A stretch of DNA of 64,000 nt from Phoronis australis (Eukaryota > Animalia > Phoronida), in contig NMRA01000032.1 in NCBI GenBank assembly GCA_002633005.1, positions 1,096,911 to 1,160,910 on the forward strand, written 5' to 3'. The first letter of the stretch is position 1. Each line of letters starts with the position of its first letter. Below, piece after piece: positions 53,901 through 62,900 of this stretch. The notes under the pieces were generated by a model. The model did not search any database. It was given only the letters and a program-made list of their open reading frames with translations, and had not been told where the DNA came from. The translations under genes and the position numbers were made by a program.

Positions 53901-56900
53901 GCAGCACTAGACCATCAGGTAGAGCCAGTGGTTGGTTAAACAACATGAAGGTGTCAAATTTGTAATGTTATTGTGTTTTACGTTGCTGTGTTCTCAGCAA
54001 AACACCAACATTTTTCATTTTCATAGATTACAAACTCAAAATTCCGTGTTCACTCTTAGGCCATGGCTGCCTGACAAAGATCTATTCTCTCCTGAAATCT
54101 AACTTGCATTGTTTTTCAGACTTGTTGTTCCATGCAAAATGTTACTTCAGAGTAGTGAAATAAGGCCGTGCAGAACACTATTTTGTGTCCTGTGTACAAA
54201 ACAACAGAAATTGTGTGGAAATGTTACCAGAAAGACAAGATCTCAAATTTTGGACTGTGCTGAATGTATCACATTCCTGCTAGTTTATCATGTTGTTTGC
54301 CTGTGTTATCCCTTGCCAAGTATGAGTCTCCTGCAAATTTACCGAGTCAGGCCCAGTAAGTATTACGTAATGGCATTTTGTTGTGGGCATAAATCATGAG
54401 ATTGACAAGAAGCATTTGCTTGAATCATGGCCATTCGCCTCACTAATTGTAGGTGCGCCAGCTAGTTAATAACTTGGGAGACATCCTGCGCAATTGGCAG
54501 TCCTATCACGACACACTGCAGAAGGTTACATATGTCTTGACGGAGGCAGACTATGTTCTGTCTCGTTATCAATATGTGAGCGGAGACGTGGAATCATTCA
54601 GGAACCTTGTCTTCAAGCTTAGGGTGAGTTCACATGCCTTAAGTAAATGTCTGTAAAAGTATTGATTGTTAGTAAATGTGATTTACTATTAAATTAGTTT
54701 GTGAGTTTGTAGTTCAATATAATTGTTATTGTGCGGTGTAACAATGTCTGACATGGCACTTATTCAGGGGACTTGTCCAGATGCTGCTGGTTGGCATCAT
54801 TTTTCTTGCCATAAGTCTGTCCTCAATTGTCAGATCTCGCCTCTTTATGATCTTGGATCCAGGCCTGTTTATTGCTATTTATTTTCTGAAATTGACTTAA
54901 CCATTACTTTTAAAACCAACTTGTTTCTTGATGACTTGTCATGTTTCATTGTCTTGTAATCTTGTTCCTACCCTTGGTATTCACAGGGCATGCAGGCAGA
55001 GTTTGACCAGCATAGTGACGTCTTGACCAGATACAAGGAGCTGGCCAATCACCTGATCCAGGTTTGTGAACCTGTGGTCAGTCAGTCCCTGCAGAGGTCA
55101 GTGGCTGACCTACAGACCCGCTGGTCGAACAACTCAACCTTGTACACCAAGAAGATCGACAAGTTCCAGACTAGTTTGGACACTTGGGAGAAATACGAGG
55201 TGGATTTCGCATCGGCATCGAGTTGGATCGAAGTGAGGGAGAGACGTTGCGCAAGGCTTCTGTTGCTAAGAGACGATGCTAAGAACAAGCAGAACCACCT
55301 CAAGGAGAGCTTGGTAACTATTTTGTTTAGTTGGTGATGTTAGTTGATGACCATGTTATTGTTCAGTGGTTTTTGAACATTTGGGTGAAAGTGCATTCAA
55401 TGCCTTGATTATTATTTTCCAGCAAAGCTCTTGATAATCAGTGATGTTTTTTATCAGTTGATATTTCTGTTTTCCTTTCAGCTATAACATTTGTGAATAT
55501 TTCATACAAGTCAAAGGATTGTGCGAATTATCAAAAGTGTTCTCAAGTGTTTATTAATGTCAGTCATCCGTGACTGAACATACATTACAGCATTTTCCTC
55601 AACCTTTATTTTGAATGTTAGTTCTGTTAGAAAATTATAAGAGACTACGTGAACACTTGCATTGTATACAGTCAGGTTGAACGCTTGTATTGTTGGCCCC
55701 ATGATAAGAACGTCAAGCTTCTTTTTCATTTCATTTTTCATTCACTTAGCTTTTATAACTTTTCAGCATTTGCAAGAAGAGGTAGATGACCACCAGGATG
55801 TGTTGAGGGACCTCGGTCATCTGTCGGATACCATTAAACCCAAAATGGACAACACCACCGCCATAAGCATTACATCGAGAGAGACGGAGCTAAGCCAGAG
55901 ACTGTCGAGTTTGAGGCAGTCCATATCTAAGCATGTTCAGAACCTAAACACAGACTTGAGCAATGAGAAACTGTTCAGAGATGCCCTGTCAGTCGTGGAA
56001 GAGTTCCTGTCACACGCAAGCTATGTGCTGGCTTCCAGTGACCCCAACAAACACTCGGAACAGTCGGCCTTTAAGAAACGATTGGATGAGTTGAAAAGTC
56101 TCACAGTGGAATTCACCACACACCAGTGCCACCTGGATTTGTTGAACGACATCGGTTACCGCCTGTCCCTGAGTGAGAATGATTCTGCGAAGTTGAAGGA
56201 AGTCAACCGGAGGTGGCAGCAGTTGTTTAGCGAGACTGCCACCAGGCTGCGCTCTGTCCAGTCGAACCTGTTGTTACAGCAGAGCTTCCAACAAAAGTGT
56301 GAGTCTTGGATGCTGTTCCTAGCACAGATTGAACAAAGCCTGGCAGTGGACATCGCTGGCAGCTACCAAGGGCTTCTGGAGCAACAGAAAACATATGAGG
56401 TAATAAGCTTTGTAGGTGATACAGCTTAAATTATTCAAATTTATTATTTTTTAAAGGTAGGGCTTGGGGTATGGAATCATTTGTTATACTTGAACAATGA
56501 TACAGCAATTTTGTAGGCTTTTATGCTCATGACTGCTCCTCCTAATAGTAACTTTTGGTTAATTTTAAAGAGTAACTTCTCCTATTACTTTTGGGGTTTT
56601 GAAAATTGTTGATTTATGCAAACACAAGGTTGTGAGTGTGTAGTGCAAATCAACAGTGTTATGAATTTTGTAGTGACATGGTTTTCTTGAGGGCAAGTAG
56701 GTTGTGGCTGACTATGCTGTTTAAATGGGAATTTTAAAACTCGTAACTTTATATCAGGAGACCACTTGATTAACTGTCTTCAAATTTCACAGTTGATCTT
56801 TATTTTAGAAAGCTTTAATAAGCTAACAAACCACAACGCTTGCGCCCCCTGGTGTGTCTATTGTCATCGATCGATTGTATTAGACTACACACAAAATACA

Positions 56901-59900
56901 TAAAAGGAACGACAGTGATGATGAGACATGGTGACAAGTAAATTAAACAGATGAAATGGTTATAGAGGAGAGAACTAAAACGTGTAGAACCAGGATAACA
57001 CATCAAGAAAGTGAGACCACACTTATTTCCGTGTTGGATCCTTAAAAATAATGTTATCCAGTGAAAAGACGTGAAGACAGACAAAATCATACAAAGCACT
57101 AACAATAAGTGAAAGATTTGTACAGGCATGGAAAGAAAAAAATTAAAAAATGGGTAAACAATATAAGAAATACTCTAACATTTTTCTGGTGCAGGTCTTC
57201 CAAGCTGAAATCTATGGCAGGCAGCAGATTCTGCAGTCCATCATCAACGATGGTCACAAGATGATGCAAGGCGGTAGTCATGACGACCAGCAGGAGTTCA
57301 ACAGAAAGCTTACACTATTGGACCAGCAATGGCAGAGTGTAATGAAAAGAGCCAATCAGAGGAAGGCTATCATTGACTCCAATGTGAGCCAGTGGAAGAA
57401 TTATATGCATAACAAGGAGAAGCTGTGCAACTGGTTGAATAAGACTGAGGAGGGTCTGGCAGTGTTTGATGTTCCCACGCTGTCACTGCACAAGGTCAGG
57501 TCACTGCTGGGTCAACTCAAGGTAGGTCAAAGTCACCAAAACATGATATGCTTCATATTGATGAATTATTGTGGCAGGGATCCAGGATTTTTACTAGGGA
57601 GAGGTCAAGGAACAAGAAAAGATGTTGCTTGAGATTTTTTCTGTCAGCTGTGGACTAGTGCCATACGTGGTGTTCCAGAGCTACGGGACCTCTGTATCCA
57701 CGTGTGAATTCATTGGGATGTAAAATTGGATTCTTCAAGGTGTAATGTGAAAGGAAATCTGTATGTGGCCATGTGTAGTTAACCGAGGCGTTGTTTCAGC
57801 TATTTTTCTCAGTTATTGTTATTGGAATTATATGACTGCTTGGTAATCACGGTGAGCTCTTCTTTGTTAATACATTCTGAATTTGACAAAGACAAGCCCT
57901 TCCTTCTGAGTGTTGTAGTCATGATGTGTTTGTCATTGCAGACATTCCACAAGGATGTGGCTCGCCATGAGCCCAAGTACCAGAAGTTACAAGAGTGTGG
58001 CCGCCTGCTCATTCATATCTCTGACAAGGAGTCTGAACAACAATTGAATGCAGACCTGACCAGCATACAGCAGCAATGGTTCCAGGTAAACCTGACATTT
58101 AGCTCTTTTAGTTGTATGTCATCTAGAGTTGTCCTACCCGTCTGTTGTGCCATGACAACAGCGTTTTTGACCTTGTGTGCAGCTGGTAGTTATCTATTGT
58201 AATTGTTATGCAATGTTCTGACATGGAGAAATTTGTTATTTCATTTGAGATTTTAGTTTCTTCAATGAATGAATTAGTATTTTATTGGAATCTTCTTGGC
58301 TAACGGAGCTATTTCCAGCATTGGAATTTAATATTAAAACAGTTGATTCCATCTTAAGTAAGAAATCGTCAACCCTTTGTTCATATGTCGTCATCAATTT
58401 CCGTTAGGTGATCGGTAAAGTGGATGGTCGACGTGAACATCTTGACAGCATCATGAAGTTGTGGAACAGCTGTGAGAATAACATTGAGGACATTCTCAGC
58501 TGGCTGAAGGATGTACGCACCAGCTTGAACCATGACCTACCAGAACAGTATGACCAGTTGCAAAATGAAATTCATAAATGCACAGTAAGTAACGGTTCTT
58601 TTTCTTTTTTTACGCTAAGATACATCTTTATTGACTTCTGGAAAGCTTTTGACCCAGTTGTAGATAATGAGATTTTGAAACAAAAATTCTTTACACCTAG
58701 AAATAATTAACAACTTCTGAACACATTTTATTCATTTTTGAGTTTCTAGAATTATAATAAAACAATCACTTAGTCTAATGTTGTCGTAATTGATTCCTAG
58801 GTATTTTTGTGTTTTTGGTTGCCTGCTGTTGGCAGTGATCCTGAAATGATTTGAAATTCATGTTTGAAATTTTGGACTGTGGCTTTGGAATTAACAAACC
58901 CAATCGTGTCATCTTATAATGTGAATAACATGTTTATGCCTTTATAATATTCTAGTATCTAAAAATTAAAAGTTTTCTAAAATTTCAAGTCAGATAGATG
59001 CCAATTATTATGTTGCATTCTCTCAGGAGTTTGAGGCATCTTTTGCATTGAACAAGAACAAACGAGATGACTTGGCCACGGCTGAACAGCAGCTCTCCCT
59101 GTTGGTCAATTCTGAAGACGTCACCATCCTCCGTCAGCGAATCACCCTCATCAACAAGCAGTGGGAGGAGCTTCACAGTCAGGTGGAGATGCAGAAACAG
59201 CGAATCAACAACAAGTTGTATGAGTGGGTGTCCTTCAATGAAAAGAACAAAGAGATCAGTGATTGGTTGACTCAGATGGAGGCTCGTGTGTCGTCCAGCA
59301 AAGAGTACCATATTGAGGACTTGCTTCAGAAATTAGAGAAGGTATGCTTGCATGCTTCACACTACTACTTTCTGAATTGCGTATTTTTGTTATCAAGTCT
59401 GAGGGCTTTGGATGTTATTGGCTTCTCGTGATTTTTGCTAAGTAGAACTTGGCTTTTGATTGGTGGTTGTTATTCTTTGTTTTAGTTTGTTCATTTGATA
59501 ACCATTTACTACAACTATTCTGTTATCGTAATTTTTTAAAGCTTGAACATAACTTTGAAAATTAGTGTGGAGTCCGTGTTTGCCTTGCTTTAAATGTATA
59601 TTGCATGACTGTGTTTTTGAATATTTGTATTTACTTAATTGTTAATAATTCATTGCTTGTTTGATTTAATTTGTGCAATTCAGGTTGTTTTGAGACAGGT
59701 AACAATTACACAGCAGCTGCATGAAGTCTTGTGTTGTGAAACCAACCTTTCTGTATCTGAGTCAGTTTTGTCTTTTTGGTTAATAAACAGAATATTTCAG
59801 TTTTTATGACCATATGAGACAGCTAGCTTTCCGCGATATCAGGACAAAAAATGTTGCAATACAAGAGTTCTTATTTTGGTTTTCTCATTTATGATGTTTT

Positions 59901-62900
59901 AAGTTTATTATCCCATCTGTTTCCACTAACATTGATGCATGAGCCGTTGTCCTTAATTTTTTTATTGTTTGTGGAAACAGAAAATTTGCTCATTGAACTT
60001 AGTGTCCTGACTCTCACAACTAAATGGCTTTCCTTAATCATCTCATAAGTTAAGTGAGCACTCATGGACAAAAGCAGTATTGTATATCAAGGTTATGCAG
60101 GACTGTAGTAAGTCGTCTAAATCTGGCTAAATTTGGATTAGCATATCTCCAAAACAACTGATCAGATTCTTAAAGAAACTTTCAGATTCTATGCTTAATG
60201 TGCTGTTTCTCCAAAACAATGACACGATTTTTTAATTTTCTACTTTTGTATGAGGGGCTATAAAATTAGGACTTAATCAGTGATTTTTATAAAGAAAATC
60301 ATAATTCACATGAAACGAGAATGTAATAAATAATTTTAATTGGAAAACTAACAGCGTTTTTAAGATTTTATCTCGAACATTTATTTCAAATGAAATTTAC
60401 CCGCATGTTCTTGATACCATTGGTTATTTGTGAATGTACCTTTCGTTTTTGCTAAATCTTACTAAAAACGCCTGGTCATGTGGCCTAGTTAATGGCAGAT
60501 TTGAGTCAAGTCAAAATTTAAATTCTGGTGGCTTTCAACTTTCGGAATATGTATGCTTTTACCAAGTTAAAGTCTATAGTTTTGAAGATATTTGGCTAAA
60601 ACACAAGCTCGTCTATGAGGCTATACATAACCTTAAAGGAAGATGGTTAACCAATAAAGTAATACAAAAGAATGGCAATGATGATGAAGGAATACTAAGA
60701 ATAACTGAACATGTTTCTGACTGGTCAAATGGATCAGCTCATCTGAATATCGGTGGACATTTGCTCAACAGGATTACAAGCAGGAAATGAAAGCTATAGA
60801 GGTGGCCAAACAGGAGTTGTTCAGCCACGGGGAGAGGTTGAAGAAGGCGAGTAGCGAGATTCGAGCCAACGACATCGCTTACAAGATGATGAAACTGGAG
60901 GACAAATGGCAGAGACTGCAGAACCTCTGCACCATGAGGTAAGGTGTGATGGACTGTTAAGGTGCACTTCTGTAACAGTAGGAGGGTGTTTGGGTTCAAC
61001 TCTGTAATGATGGCTAATACGTCTCGAGTTTTTTGAAAATCGCTCCATGTTAGGCATAAAATTTGCATAATTATTTTGCCCTCTTTTTACTAAAATCGTT
61101 TTAAAAAGTATCTTGATTGATTACTGTGTTTAAGCCAGGGACTATAGAGAATATGTCATTCAATCATATGTTGTTGTCACTTATACATTATGGATATATT
61201 TATGGAGAAGGTAAATTGCATTTATTCAGAAATTTGAAATCCAAAGACGAGTACCTCAGGTATAAAATAGAGGATCTTTTCTTTCAGTCCAGCTTAACAT
61301 ATTTTATTGCACTGTTATATTGAACTTTCAAGAACACTTAACATGACTTCTGTTCAACCAAGTCCAATGGCAAGCGTCCAGCATTCATAACTCCTTAGTG
61401 ATGTGAAAGCACAAAGTGATTATTGCTGGGTCAAAGTTCAAGTTCTGGTTTGCAAGTTGGGTCAAGTGGTAAAATAACACCTCAATTTTTATATTCACAA
61501 ACATTATGCTATGGACTTTTTTTACACTCATCATTGGAACATCCCACCACACAACTGTCACAGTGGTAATTTGACAGGATTTGGAAAAAACACAGGCAGA
61601 GAATTCCCCCTGCCTTTATTCTCTATCCCAATCACAGTAGAACTGTAGGTGGTGCTGATGTTCAACAAATGACTACGTATTTGTGAAAAGCAAAATTATC
61701 GTTTCTACTGAAGCTTGTACCATTCATATTTTGTCTCCAACTAGGCTGAAAAAGCTTCAAGAGACCCTCAACGCTGTCCACCAACTAGAGGTCAGTATGG
61801 CCAGTCTGAGAATGTGGCTGGCACGAATTGAACATGACCTTGGCAGCCCGCTGGTCTATGTCAGCGCCACCTTTGGAGAGATTCAGGCCAAGGTGAAGCA
61901 ACAACAGGTAGGTGATTTTGAAGACACTGCAAGTGACATGGTCGATGTGACTTTGATTGAGATGGATCAGAGCATAGTTTGTACATGAAACATTGGATTA
62001 AATTTTAATTAGCAAATTAAGGGGTTTTGGGAGATCCAAGACATGATATGTGTGATTGGTTAAGATTTATTTGAACTTTTGAAAAAATCATTGCGTTACT
62101 TTTTCTCTGTTTAAACATACCGTACTGTTGTCTGGTTGTGAAACCTCAGTTACAAGTATTAGGTACTTACATTTTATATTGTTGGGAAACTGTTATGGGA
62201 AATGTTCATTTCAACATATTGTATGATATGAATTCAATCGTAATGTTGTTTTTTAAAACCAAAAATATATAGAATGCATTGACTTCAAGCTGTGGCAAAG
62301 GATAGAAGAGGTTGTGCTGTAGTATTTTAATGTGATTTTGTGGAAATGTCATGTTTGGTGTTATTGATGATAATTTTCCAGTCACTACAGAAAGAGATTG
62401 AGAAGCGTAGCAGTGGTGTGGCGTCTGTGTTGAACCTATGTGAGGTCCTACTGCACGACCATGATGCTTGCCCCTCGGAGATTGAGACATCGGCCATTAA
62501 GCAGGCCATCAAGAGTTTGGACAAGCGTTGGAAGAATATCTGTGCCATGTCTATGGAGCGGAGACTGAGGTGATCTTTTTTGATAGTGGTGAACTTTTTG
62601 CAATTTGAAAATTTTTTCCATTATAATACTCTTTAGCCTTGAACTTGACAAGTCTTTTTTACATGCAAATCAGGTTGGATGTCTTCAACGGTGTGGATAT
62701 GTTAAAGACTGTTTTTCATACCTGTGATCTTAGCGAGCAACTTTGCGGTTCACATAATTATGTTTAGTGTGTTAGTCGATTCACAAATACACTTTGGGGC
62801 TTTGAAAAATGAAAAATGGTCAATTTTGTCTGAAATTGGTGATATTTTATGATATTTAATTTGAGACCTCTTTCTCGGTGTAGCATCGAAGAGACATGGC

